From contig OY970320.1 of NCBI GenBank assembly GCA_963716745.1, forward strand, positions 1,472,001 through 1,536,000: a DNA stretch of 64,000 bases. Reading direction: 5' to 3'. The notes below the pieces were generated by a model. The model did not search any database, had not been told where the DNA came from, and saw only the letters and a list, made by a program, of their open reading frames with translations. Shown here piece by piece: positions 49,259-59,196 of this stretch. The first letter of the stretch is position 1; each line of letters begins with the position of its first letter. This DNA comes from an uncultured Gemmatimonadaceae bacterium. GTDB lineage: Bacteria > Gemmatimonadota > Gemmatimonadetes > Gemmatimonadales > Gemmatimonadaceae. Both the position numbers and the translations under genes were made by a program.

Positions 49259-50224
49259 GCATTCCCACGTCGTTGCGCGCGTTCCTGCGCGCCTCGCTCG
49301 CCCTCGCGGTGGTGCACATCATGTTCGGCGGCTTCGTGCGGATCTCCGGATCCGGCATGGGCTGCGGCGAGCACTGGCCCATGTGCCAGGGCGCGTGGTT
49401 CCCGCCGATGAGCAACTCGACGCTCGTGGTCGAGTGGACGCACCGGTTGATCGGGCTCATCCTCACGGTGACCATCGCGGCCACGGCGTTCGCGGCATAT
49501 CGCGCTCGTGGTGAAGCCGGTGTCGGTGGCAAAGGCGGCGTGCTTCGCCCGGCCGTCGCGGCGCTCGCGATCGTGATCGCCACCGCGCTCTTCGGCGCGG
49601 TCACGGTGTTCTTCCAGAATGCGCCGCTGGCCACGATGGTGCACTGGGTGCTCGCCGCCTCGCTACTCGCGACGCTCGCCGAGGCGCTCGTTCGCGCCGG
49701 CGACCTCGGCGGCGGCGCCCCCGCGAGCGCGCCGGCGAAATTGTTTCGCGGCACGGCGGCGGCCGCTGCGCTCGCACTGCTGGTGCTCATCTTCGGCGGT
49801 CTCACCGCGAAGGTGCCGGGCGCGAACGTCGTCTGCGGATCGTTCCCGCTGTGCGGAACATCGGCGGGCTCGCCGATCATCGAGCATCTCGTGCGGATCC
49901 AGAATGACGCACCGCGTGCTCGCGCTCCTCCTGTTCCTGCACGTCCTCGGGTTGGTGATCACCACGCGGAGGATCACCGGCGCACCCGCCGCCGTGCGCG
50001 GCGTGCGCGTGATGTTCGCGCTGGTGCTGGTGCAGCTGCTCATCGCCGGCGCGATGATCGGCATGCATCTGCCGCCGGCACTGCGGTCGCTGCACCAGAT
50101 GGATGGCGTGCTGATCTGGCTCACGTCGGTGGTGACGGCATCGCTCGCGTATCGCGCATCGCCGGCAATGGCGCCGCTGCCGCCGAGCATCGCGGTGATC
50201 ATCGCGCGCGGAGGTGGCATGTGA
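49255..50224 (+). CDS. ctaA: Heme A synthase (COX15/CtaA); one frameshift near 49903
   Basis: 'VRISGSGMGC..WPMC', 'EWTHR', second 'C..FPLC'; after removing one A, 'QMTHR..LHQ'. Confidence 0.88.
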
Positions 50225-51126
50225 GCGGCGGCGCGATGGCGACCGAAGTGGCCGCGTCCGACACGCGCACGCTCGTGCGCGATCTCGTGATGCTCACCAA
50301 GCCGCGCATCATCTCACTGCTGCTCGTCACGACGATCGCGCCAATGTTCGTGGCCGGCACGCCGTCGCTCTCGCTGGTGTTGCTCGTCGCGATCGGCGGA
50401 TATCTGATGGCGGGCGGCGCGAACGCGGTGAACATGTACATCGACCGCGACATCGACGACCGCATGGCGCGCACGCGTCTGCGGCCGCTGCCGTCCGGAC
50501 GCATGACGCCGCGCGCGGTGCTGGCGTATGGCGTCGCGCTCGCGACCGGCGCCACGGCGCTCTTCGCCTACAGCGTGAACGTGCTCAGCGCGGCGCTCGC
50601 GCTCGCCGGATTCTATTTCTATGTGTTCGTGTACACACGCTGGCTCAAGCGCACGACGCCGCAGAACATCGTGATCGGCGGCGCGGCGGGGGCCTTCCCG
50701 CCGCTCGTGGGTTGGGCTGCCGCGACCGGCGGCATCGATCTCACCGCCATCTATCTTTTCCTCATCATTTTCTACTGGACACCGCCGCATTTCTGGGCGC
50801 TCGCGCTGCTGAAGCAGGTGGACTACGGCCGCGCGGGCGTGCCGATGGCCCCGCTCATCTGGGGCGAGCGCGAGACGATGATGAACATGATCTGGTACAC
50901 GCTCATTCTCGTACCCATCACGCTGCTGCCGGTGGCGTTCGGCGCGTTCGGCTGGGTGTACGGCGTGAGCGCGCTCGCGCTCGGCGGCATCCTGCTCGCG
51001 GGTACGATCGCGATCGCGCGCCGCACGGAGTGGGTGCCGCTCGCGTGGCGCGTGTACAAGTACTCCCTGCTGTACCTGTTCCTCTTGTTCATCGCCATGG
51101 TGGTCGATCGCGGGCTGGCGCGCTGA
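50221..51126 (+). CDS. cyoE: Protoheme IX farnesyltransferase (heme O synthase)
   Basis: 'LTKPRI', 'N..IDRDID..M.RT..RPLPSG', 'YT.WLKR.TPQNIVIGG.AGA.PP', 'WTPPHF'. Confidence 0.96.
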   Translation: MSGGAMATEVAASDTRTLVRDLVMLTKPRIISLLLVTTIAPMFVAGTPSLSLVLLVAIGGYLMAGGANAVNMYIDRDIDDRMARTRLRPLPSGRMTPRAVLAYGVALATGATALFAYSVNVLSAALALAGFYFYVFVYTRWLKRTTPQNIVIGGAAGAFPPLVGWAAATGGIDLTAIYLFLIIFYWTPPHFWALALLKQVDYGRAGVPMAPLIWGERETMMNMIWYTLILVPITLLPVAFGAFGWVYGVSALALGGILLAGTIAIARRTEWVPLAWRVYKYSLLYLFLLFIAMVVDRGLAR

Positions 51127-52943
51127 TGGCGCCGACCGCACCGGACGCGCCGGCCGCTGTGCTGCTCGACACGTCGAAAAAACGGAGGATCCCGTCGCCC
51201 GGACCGCTTCGGCCGCTGTTCCTGCGCATGCGCGGGCACCCCGCGCTGCTCTGGACCGGTGGGCTCACCCTCGTGCTCAGCGTGGCGGCGGGTCTCGTCT
51301 TCGCGCTCGTGGTGCGCGGATTGCTCGACGCCGCGTTCATCCAGAGGGATCCGGGATTGCTGGCCCGCTATTTCGCCGGCCTGATCGCGCTCTTCCTGGT
51401 GCAGGGCGCGTTTAATTTCGTGCAGGTGTGGGCGTTCGCGGTGGTCGCCGAGCGCGTGATCGCGCAGCTCCGGGTGGACGTATTCGCCAACCTCGTTCGG
51501 CTGAGCCCGGGATTCTTCGCGGAGCGATTGTCGGGTGAACTGACGAGCCGGCTCTCGTCGGACATCACGATGCTGCAGAGCGTGATGAACTACCAGGTGA
51601 CCGAACTACTGCGGCAAGTCCTGTACCTCGTGGGTGGCATCACGCTGCTCACGATCATGCAACCGCAACTGACCGCGACGACACTGGCGGTGGTGCCGAT
51701 CGTCATCGCGGCCGCGTTGATCTTCGGCCGGTTGCTGCGGAAGTCCACGACCGGCGTGCAAGATCGCATCGCCGACGCCATGGGCATGGCCGACGAGGCG
51801 TTCGGCCACATCCGCGTCGTGCAGAGCTTCACGCGTGAGGCCTTCGAGACGAAGCGATACACCGACCTGTTGCGCGATGTCGTACGCGTCGCGCTCAGGC
51901 GTGCGTGGTTCCGCGGCATCTTCTTCGGTGTGATCACCTTCGTCGGCTTCAGCGGCGTGGCCGTGGTGCTGTGGCAGGGCGGCCGGCTCGCGCTGCTCGG
52001 CACTCTGACGGAAGGCTCGCTCACGCAATTCCTGATCCTCGCGTTCACGGTGGCGGCGGCGGTCGGAGCGCTCGCATCGTTGTTCGGGCAATTCCAGGAG
52101 ACACTCGGCGCGGCCGAGCGTGTCTTCGAACTGCTGCATATGAAGCCATCCATCGCCGAGCCCGCCGAGCCGCTGCTGCTCGCCAAGCCCGTGCGCGGCG
52201 ACGTGCGATTCGACCGCGTCACCTTCCGCTACGCCGCCGAGCTCCCCGACGTGCTGCACGAGGTCTCGTTCCGCATCGTGCCCGGCGAAGTCGTGGCGCT
52301 CGTAGGCCCGTCGGGCGCCGGAAAGACCACCATCGCATCGCTCGTGCCGCGCTTCTGGGACGCGACCTCGGGCGCGATCACGCTCGACCGGATCGATGTG
52401 CGGCGACTCTCGCTGCACGATCTCCGCAATTCCGTGGGCATCGTGCCGCAGGAGCCCGCGCTGTTCAGTGGCACGGTGCGCGAGAACATCGCGTTCGGCC
52501 GGCCGGATGCCTCGGATGTGGACGTCGCGCGCGCGGCGCGCGCCGCGCACGCGATGGAATTCATCGAGCAGTTCACCGAAGGGATGAACACGCGCGTCGG
52601 CGAGCGCGGCGTGAAGCTTTCGGGCGGACAGCGCCAGCGCATCGCGATCGCCCGCGTGTTCCTCAAGGATCCGGCGGTCGTGATCCTCGACGAGGCCACG
52701 TCGAGCCTCGACAGCGAGAGCGAACGTCTCGTAGAGCGCGCGATGGAAGAACTGCTCCGCGGCCGCTCGACGCTCATCATCGCGCACCGCCTGAGCACCG
52801 TGCGCCGCGCCGACCGCGTGGTGGTGCTCGACGCCGGACGCGTCATCGAAGAAGGCTCGCATACGCAGCTGCTCGCCGACAACGGACTCTACGCGCGACT
52901 CTATCGCGTGCAGTTCCCCGACGCGCGCGAGGTCCGCCGCTAG
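51126..52943 (+). CDS. ABC exporter, fused permease/ATPase (MsbA/ABCB-like)
   Basis: 'GELTSRL..D', Walker A 'GPSGAGKT', 'LSGGQRQR', 'ILDEATS', 'IAHRLST'. Confidence 0.93.
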   Translation: MAPTAPDAPAAVLLDTSKKRRIPSPGPLRPLFLRMRGHPALLWTGGLTLVLSVAAGLVFALVVRGLLDAAFIQRDPGLLARYFAGLIALFLVQGAFNFVQVWAFAVVAERVIAQLRVDVFANLVRLSPGFFAERLSGELTSRLSSDITMLQSVMNYQVTELLRQVLYLVGGITLLTIMQPQLTATTLAVVPIVIAAALIFGRLLRKSTTGVQDRIADAMGMADEAFGHIRVVQSFTREAFETKRYTDLLRDVVRVALRRAWFRGIFFGVITFVGFSGVAVVLWQGGRLALLGTLTEGSLTQFLILAFTVAAAVGALASLFGQFQETLGAAERVFELLHMKPSIAEPAEPLLLAKPVRGDVRFDRVTFRYAAELPDVLHEVSFRIVPGEVVALVGPSGAGKTTIASLVPRFWDATSGAITLDRIDVRRLSLHDLRNSVGIVPQEPALFSGTVRENIAFGRPDASDVDVARAARAAHAMEFIEQFTEGMNTRVGERGVKLSGGQRQRIAIARVFLKDPAVVILDEATSSLDSESERLVERAMEELLRGRSTLIIAHRLSTVRRADRVVVLDAGRVIEEGSHTQLLADNGLYARLYRVQFPDAREVRR

Positions 52944-52944
52944 A

Positions 52945-53604
52945 TCACCGCGGGATCCTGAGGTCGGCGAAGGCGAGCGCGCCGGAATCCACCACCACTT
53001 CGCGGTCGATCTCGCCAAGCGACGGGTGCCACACGCGGATCCGCCACCGGCCCGGCGGCACGGAGTCCATCGCGAAGCGGCCGTTCGAGTCCGGCTGCGC
53101 GAAGTACGGCTGGTCGAACACGAGGATCCAGCCGTGAGTGGCCGGATGCACGTCGCACGTGACCGCCACGAGCCCCACCCGTTGCAGCGGACGATGCGTG
53201 GGCACCACCTGCCCCGCCCCGGTCTCGTTCACCACGGCGAGCACGGAATCCGGGTCCGCTCCGCTCAGTGTGAAGCGCGCGCGATGCGCGGTGTCGTCCA
53301 CGTTGCGGACATTGAGCGTGCCGCCCACGATCGCCGCCTGCGTGAACGGCACGAGTGCGTTCGCCCGGTTCTCGATCTCGTAGCGCCGCGAGAGCGGCAG
53401 CGGCTTGCCGGAATCCACATCGGTGAGCCATACGATCGCGTCGCCCGCGCGGAGCGGCGGCGCCAGCGTGACCTGGCCGTTGATCCGCCCCGCCGCGCGG
53501 ACATCCGCGACGCGATACCGTGCCCGCGATGCATGCTCGGCGGCCGATCGCTCGTGCGCGCAGCCGGCGAGCAGCGCGATCGCCAGCGCCGCCGGCGGCC
53601 TCAC
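52945..53604 (-). CDS. Lipoprotein with cupredoxin-like / carboxypeptidase-regulatory-like domains
   Basis: Lipobox 'LLAGC'; 'N.D...H', 'CDVHP..GWI.V...PYFA..D.NG.F....VPPG.W....WH'. Confidence 0.7.
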   Translation of the reverse strand: MRPPAALAIALLAGCAHERSAAEHASRARYRVADVRAAGRINGQVTLAPPLRAGDAIVWLTDVDSGKPLPLSRRYEIENRANALVPFTQAAIVGGTLNVRNVDDTAHRARFTLSGADPDSVLAVVNETGAGQVVPTHRPLQRVGLVAVTCDVHPATHGWILVFDQPYFAQPDSNGRFAMDSVPPGRWRIRVWHPSLGEIDREVVVDSGALAFADLRIPR

Positions 53605-54932
53605 ACGGCGCCGCGACGGAAGTAGAGGAACACCGCGACGCCCACCGCGAGCTGCGCCACGCCGAACAGCGACATGCGCAGCGACGAGACGAACGAACTC
53701 GCGACGCCGATCACCGCCGCGATGACGAAGAACGCGGGCAGCCATGGATAGCCGGGTACGCGGTACGGCCGCACCGCGTCGGGCCGCGAACGCCGGAGCG
53801 CGAATACGCTCGCCGCTCCGAGTCCGAAGAAGATCCAGTCCGCGAACACGACGCCCGAGAGCAGCGCGCCGAGATCGCCGCGCGTCAGCGCGAGCAGCAC
53901 GAGCGACCACACGGCGATCAGCACGATGGCCACGTGCGGCGAACCGAACTTCGGATGCACGCGCCCCGCGGCAGCCAGGAAATTCCCGTCAGCCGCCATC
54001 GCGTACACCACGCGCGCGTTCGCGAGGATCGCGACGCTGATGAATCCGAAGATCGAGACCATCGCCGACACGGCGATGAAGGTGCCGCCGCCCGCGCCGA
54101 AGTAGCGCTCGGCCGCGTCGGCCGCCGCCGCATTCGACGCCGCGAGTCCGTCGCGCCCCAGCGCGTGCAGATACACGATGTTCGCGCCCAGATAGATGGC
54201 GATCACGATGCCGATCCCGATGCCGAGCGCGCGCGGGATGCTGCGCTCGGGATCGCGCACTTCACCCGCGGCCATGTTCATCTGCTGCCAGCCGCCGATG
54301 GTGAACAGCACCGGCACGAACGCCGCGCCGAGCGCGACGATGAGCGGTGTACGCGCGGCGGGCGCGTCCGACACCGGGAGCGGCGCACCCACATGCGACC
54401 ACAACGCGAACCCGCCCACGATAAGGGCCGCGAGCGCCGCGACCTTCGCCACGGTGAGCACGTTCTGCACGAGTGCGCCCGGCTTCACGCCCAGATAGTT
54501 CACGGTCGCGAGGAGCACGATCGCCGCCGCCGCGACCGTGAGCGTCTGCCCCGCGGGTACGATGCCGAGCCGCGCGAGATAGCCGGCGAATCCGACGGCC
54601 ACCGCCGCGATCGCGCCGGTGGCGATCGACGCGAGGATCATCCAACCATAAAGGAATGCGGGAAGATTCCCGAAGGCTTCCCGAATGTACGCGTACGCTC
54701 CGCCGGCACTCGGGATCATCGCGCCGAGCTCCGCGTACGTGAGCGCGCCGGCGAACGCGACGACGCCGCCCAGCGCCCACACCGCGAGTACCCAGTCCGC
54801 GGTGGGCAGCGCACGCGCCGACACGGACGGTGTGAAGAAGATCCCGCTGCCGATGATCCCGCCGACCACCATCATCGCGGCGGAGAAGACGCCCAACTCG
54901 CGGCGAAGCTGGCCGCCGCCGCGCTCGCTCAA
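53601..54932 (-). CDS. APC-family amino acid permease
   Basis: 'IIGSGIF', 'AGGAYAYIREAFG', 'RVVYAMAADG', 'RPYRVPGYP'. Confidence 0.92.
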   Translation of the reverse strand: MSERGGGQLRRELGVFSAAMMVVGGIIGSGIFFTPSVSARALPTADWVLAVWALGGVVAFAGALTYAELGAMIPSAGGAYAYIREAFGNLPAFLYGWMILASIATGAIAAVAVGFAGYLARLGIVPAGQTLTVAAAAIVLLATVNYLGVKPGALVQNVLTVAKVAALAALIVGGFALWSHVGAPLPVSDAPAARTPLIVALGAAFVPVLFTIGGWQQMNMAAGEVRDPERSIPRALGIGIGIVIAIYLGANIVYLHALGRDGLAASNAAAADAAERYFGAGGGTFIAVSAMVSIFGFISVAILANARVVYAMAADGNFLAAAGRVHPKFGSPHVAIVLIAVWSLVLLALTRGDLGALLSGVVFADWIFFGLGAASVFALRRSRPDAVRPYRVPGYPWLPAFFVIAAVIGVASSFVSSLRMSLFGVAQLAVGVAVFLYFRRGAV

Positions 54933-56110
54933 TAGACGGGCAGTTCGCGCTGATATTCGCGCGGTGTCACTACGAGACGGCCCTTGAGGTCGAGGAAGGC
55001 GTTCACTTCGCTGCGCGCGCCGATCTCGCCGCCAATGTACACGCCGGGCTCGATCGAGAAGCCCGCGCCAGGCACGAGCAGCCGCTCCTCGCGCGTCTCG
55101 AAGTTGTCGATGTGCGGGCCGGCGCCGTGCAATTGCCGCATGTCGATGCTGTGGCCCGTGCGGTGCGTGAAGTACTTCCCGAACCCGCGCTGGGTGATGA
55201 CACCACGCGCCGCGTCATCGATCTCGCCGCCCCGCACCGGCTTCCCCGCGGCCACGAGCTCGGTGAGCCGCGCGATCGCGGCGTCGCGCGCATCGCGCAC
55301 CGCCGTCCATACCTCCACCGCCCGCGCGCTCGGCGCACCCAGCGCCGCCATGAACGTCTGGTCGGCGTAGATACCGCCCGGCTCACGCGCCCAGAGATCG
55401 ATCAGGAGCAACTCGCCGCGTGCGAGCGCGCGCGGCCGCTTCTCGCTCGGGCTGTAATGCGCGTCGGCGGCGTTCGCGCCGGCCGCGACGATCGGATCGT
55501 GATCGAACTCCATTCCTTTCTTCACGAACGAATCCATGATGAAGCGCTGCACCTCGTGCTCGTGCACCGGCGTGCCCTTGGCGAGCGCGGCACCGGCGAA
55601 GGCGAACGCCTCGAGGGCGGTGGCGCGCACCTGCTCGGCGGCCCGCACGTGCGACGCCATCTGCGGCTCGGTCCACACCGCGTAGAATTTCGTCACGATC
55701 TCGCCGGAGCAGACCACCGTCGCGCCGGCGGTGCGCACCATCTCGAGCACGCCGGCCGGCACGTAGTCCACGTACGGCACCGCGTCGCCGGGCGAGTACT
55801 CCATCGCGATCTTCTTCCCGCGCACGAGGCCGGCGATATAGCCCTCCAATTCCTGCCACGTGCTGTAGCGCTCGCGGCGCCACGCGGCCGGCCAGTCGCG
55901 CCACGGGCCCTGTTCGATGTTGTGCGTGATGGCGGTGGGCACGCCGCTCTTCGGCACGTACACGAAGATGCGGCGCGACACCATGCCTTTGAGTTCGAGC
56001 ACGCCGGCGGTCACCGGATTCACGCCGCGGAAATCGTACAGGAGCCAGCCGTCCACGCCGCTGTCGGCGATCGCGCGCTGGAGCGCGGGAAGGTTGTCGG
56101 TCGTGAGCAT
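54929..56110 (-). CDS. M24-family metallopeptidase (aminopeptidase P-like)
   Basis: 'LLIDLWA..YADQT', 'HRTGHSI', 'FSIEPGVY', 'RSE'. Confidence 0.9.
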   Translation of the reverse strand: MLTTDNLPALQRAIADSGVDGWLLYDFRGVNPVTAGVLELKGMVSRRIFVYVPKSGVPTAITHNIEQGPWRDWPAAWRRERYSTWQELEGYIAGLVRGKKIAMEYSPGDAVPYVDYVPAGVLEMVRTAGATVVCSGEIVTKFYAVWTEPQMASHVRAAEQVRATALEAFAFAGAALAKGTPVHEHEVQRFIMDSFVKKGMEFDHDPIVAAGANAADAHYSPSEKRPRALARGELLLIDLWAREPGGIYADQTFMAALGAPSARAVEVWTAVRDARDAAIARLTELVAAGKPVRGGEIDDAARGVITQRGFGKYFTHRTGHSIDMRQLHGAGPHIDNFETREERLLVPGAGFSIEPGVYIGGEIGARSEVNAFLDLKGRLVVTPREYQRELPVY

Positions 56111-56150
56111 CGTGGAAATAGAACGCCCGCCCCGCGCGGCGGGAAGTGCG

Positions 56151-56777
56151 TCAGGCCGCGCTGAGATTCCGCCAGTCGACCCGCCATTCGCAGCGCCCTT
56201 CGTTGCGCGCGGCGCAGCGCACGTGGTCCACGCGGCCGCTGGTGGCGCCGAGCAGCCGCAGCAATTCGTGCAGCGATTCCTCGTAGTACGTGCAGCCGAG
56301 GGAGTTCGGCGCGCTGTCCACCGTCACCGAGCTCTCCACCTCCAGGATGAGGTGCGCGCCGGAGCGGCGCACGACGCCGCCCCAGTATCGCTCCGCGATC
56401 TTGCGGGTCTGCGCGAGCGCCATGGGACGTGAGAGGAGCGATGGCAGTACGGCGATCGCCTGGCGCGTGATGACCGGGATGCGGGCATAGGTCTCGCGCG
56501 CCACATAGCGGCCGGCGGCGCGGAAGGCGGCCTCGGCGTCGGGGCGGCGGCCGATGAGCGTCGCGAGCGCGACCGCTTCCTCCTGCGCGGGTCGAATGCC
56601 GCGCTTCACCATGTCGCCGTAGCGGCGGATCTGCGCGTACACCGTGTCGCTGAGCCCGAAGCGCTTGGTGCGAAGTTCGGCGACGAACTCGGCCTCGAGA
56701 TCGCCATCGGGACTGTCGACGCTGCGAACGGCTTCGAGGAAGGAGAGCGGGATGAGGGCGTCGACCGTGGCGTTCAT
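56151..56777 (-). CDS. Hypothetical protein with a V4R-like C-terminus
   Basis: 'GCTYYE..L..LL....V.HVRCAARNEGRCEW' matches the V4R C...C...C pattern. Confidence 0.6.
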   Translation of the reverse strand: MNATVDALIPLSFLEAVRSVDSPDGDLEAEFVAELRTKRFGLSDTVYAQIRRYGDMVKRGIRPAQEEAVALATLIGRRPDAEAAFRAAGRYVARETYARIPVITRQAIAVLPSLLSRPMALAQTRKIAERYWGGVVRRSGAHLILEVESSVTVDSAPNSLGCTYYEESLHELLRLLGATSGRVDHVRCAARNEGRCEWRVDWRNLSAA

Positions 56778-56877
56778 TGCGTGGCAAAGGTAATCGCGCG
56801 GGGTGACGCAAACAACGCCGCCGCGGCGCGGGCGTTCGCTTGCGGGGCGGCGGCCGCGCGCGGCACTATACAGCACC

Positions 56878-57740
56878 ATGAACATCTTCTTGATAACGGA
56901 CGACGGATTCGCGCTGCGCATGCTCGTGGGCGCCGCGATCGCTGATCGTCATCGCCGTGATCGCGCTGCGGCGCGGCTCGCTCACCAAGTCGGGCGCCAT
57001 CACCGCGGCGGCCGTGGGCACCGTGAGCGTGAGTGCGGGGTATGGATGGGGAGCGATGCTCATCGCGTTCTTCGTGAGCGCTACCGCGCTCACGCACTAT
57101 CGCGAAGCGGAGCGGGCGCAGCGCACGGCGGGCGTGCTGGAGAAGGAGGGCGCGCGCGATGCGCTGCAGGTGCTGGCGAACGGGGCGTTGTTCGCCATCG
57201 CGGCGGCGGCGATCAAGGCACGATGGGGACTCAAGTACGGGACGATGGACACGCTGCCGGCGTGGACATGGCTCTGGACGGCGATCGGCGGCGGAGCGAT
57301 CGCGACGGCGTGCGCGGACACGTGGAGCACCGAGATCGGCACGCTGTCCGATGCGCCGCCGCGGTCGATCGCGACGTTCAAGATCGTGCCGGCGGGAACG
57401 TCGGGGGGCGTAACAGCGCGAGGATCGGCGGCGGCGGTGGCGGGCGCGTGCTTCATGGGCGCTGTCGCGTGGGCGGTGCGCTGGCCGGCGATGCTCGCGG
57501 CGGCGACGGCGGCGGGGGGAATAATCGGCGCGTTCGCGGATTCTCTCATTGGGGCGACGCTGCAGGGACGGCGTCAGTGCCCCAAGTGCGGCGTCGCAAC
57601 CGGAGCAGCTGGTGCACGATTGCGGCACGGAAACGGTGGCGGCGGGAGGTCTCGAGTGGCTCGACAACGATCTGGTGAATCTGCTCAGCACCGGCTTGGG
57701 CGCCCTGGCGGCGGCCGCGATCGCTTCCGCGTTCGTCTGA
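56878..57740 (+). CDS. DUF92 (TMEM19/VTE6-like) membrane protein; frameshifts near 56943 and 57602
   Basis: 'SLT.SG', 'FF.S...LT', 'RD..QVLANG', 'ADTWSTEIG', 'GTSGGVT..G', 'DSLIGATLQ', 'C..C...E..H.CG', 'ND.VN'. Confidence 0.88.
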
Positions 57741-57747
57741 GCGCGGC

Positions 57748-59196
57748 ATGACCGCGCTCGCCGCCGGTTCTGCGCCGCGCGTGCTCCTCGTGAGCACGAA
57801 CCGCGAACGCCAGCCGATGCCGGTGGTACCGAACGGCATCGCCTGTGTCGCGGGCGCGCTCAAGGCAGCGGGGCACCAGACGCGCGTGCTCGATCTCGCG
57901 TTCTCGCGCGACCCGCACGCCGCGGCCGGCGCCGCCGCGCGCGAGTTCGCGCCCGACGTCATCGGTGTCTCGATGCGGAACATCGACAACAGCGATCTCA
58001 TCGCGCTCCGGCATTACACGCCCGAGGCCACCGCGCTCCTCGCGACGCTGCGGGCCGCCGCGCCGCGCGCCCGCGTGATCGCGGGCGGTGCCGCGTTCGG
58101 GGTCGCGCCCGAGGCGCTCTTCGACACGCTTGGCGTCGACTACGCGGTGGCCGGCGATGGCGAGCGCGCCACGGTCGCGCTGCTCGACTCGCTCGCCGCC
58201 GGCCGCGCGCCCGGCGCGATCCCCGGCGTCGTACAGCGCGGCGACAGCGGGACGAAGCTCACGCCGCCCGGCGGCGACGCCGATCTCGATTCGCTGCCCG
58301 CGGCACACATGCACAAGTGGCTCGACCTCGCCGCGTACGAGCGCCGCGGCGGCACGGTGCCCATCCAGACGAAGCGCGGCTGCGTGTTCAAGTGCATCTA
58401 CTGCACATATCTCAACGTGGAAGGTTGGGGCTACCGCCTGCGCGACCCCGATCTCGTCGCGCTCGAGATGGAAGAGCTGCATCGCGAGGCCGGCGTCACG
58501 CACTTCGAGTTCGTGGATTCCACCTTCAATGCACCACCGCGCCACGCGATGGATGTGTGCGATGCGATCCTGCGCCGGCGCCTGCGCGTGCATCTCGACA
58601 CCACGAACTTCACGCCCGCCACCGCGCCCGCGGAGCTGCTCGCGCTCATGCGTCGCGCCGGCTTCCGCTGGCTCGGCATCACCGCCGAGAGCGCGAGCGA
58701 CTCGGTGCTCGAGCGGCTGCAGAAGGGTTTCGACGCCGCGCAGGTGCGCGCCGTCGCGGAGCGCGTGGAACAGGCGGGCATCGGCGTGTTGTGGATCTTC
58801 CTCGTGGGTGGGCCGGGCGAGACGCGCGAGACACTCGAAGAGACGCTACGCTTCGCCGCCTGGCGACTGGGCCGCGGCGACGCCGTGTACCTCACCGTCG
58901 GCCTGCGCATCTACCCGGGCACCACGCTCCACAATATCGCGCGGGACGAGGGCGTGGTCGCCACCGGCGATCCACTCCTCGTGCCGCGATTCTACTTCAC
59001 GAGTTCTCTCGATTTCGAGAGCACGGTCGCGCGCCTGCGCGCCTTCGCGTCCGCACATCCGCGCTTCATGTTCTCCGCCGACTCGCGTTCGCCGCTGCTG
59101 CCGCACCTCACGCGGCTCGCCGGCGTACTGCGGCTGCCCCGTCCGCATTGGCGCTACATGGGCTTGTTCCAGCGCATCGCGCGCGCCGTGTCATGA
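57748..59196 (+). CDS. B12-binding domain radical SAM protein
   Basis: N-terminal cobalamin-binding-like 'P.G.A..AGAL..AGH..D..PDVIG.S.RN.D', 'GG', 'GDGE'; 'TKRGCVFKCIYC'; 'G.PGET'; 'RIYPGT'. Confidence 0.9.
   Translation: MTALAAGSAPRVLLVSTNRERQPMPVVPNGIACVAGALKAAGHQTRVLDLAFSRDPHAAAGAAAREFAPDVIGVSMRNIDNSDLIALRHYTPEATALLATLRAAAPRARVIAGGAAFGVAPEALFDTLGVDYAVAGDGERATVALLDSLAAGRAPGAIPGVVQRGDSGTKLTPPGGDADLDSLPAAHMHKWLDLAAYERRGGTVPIQTKRGCVFKCIYCTYLNVEGWGYRLRDPDLVALEMEELHREAGVTHFEFVDSTFNAPPRHAMDVCDAILRRRLRVHLDTTNFTPATAPAELLALMRRAGFRWLGITAESASDSVLERLQKGFDAAQVRAVAERVEQAGIGVLWIFLVGGPGETRETLEETLRFAAWRLGRGDAVYLTVGLRIYPGTTLHNIARDEGVVATGDPLLVPRFYFTSSLDFESTVARLRAFASAHPRFMFSADSRSPLLPHLTRLAGVLRLPRPHWRYMGLFQRIARAVS

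Noticed and set aside
49060..51126. Apparent CtaA-CtaB fusion (688-aa ORF in the track)
   Set aside because: Produced by the extra base near 49903. The linking frame is Arg-rich nonsense, while the other frame holds the CtaA 'QMTHR..LHQ' motifs and stops at 50224.
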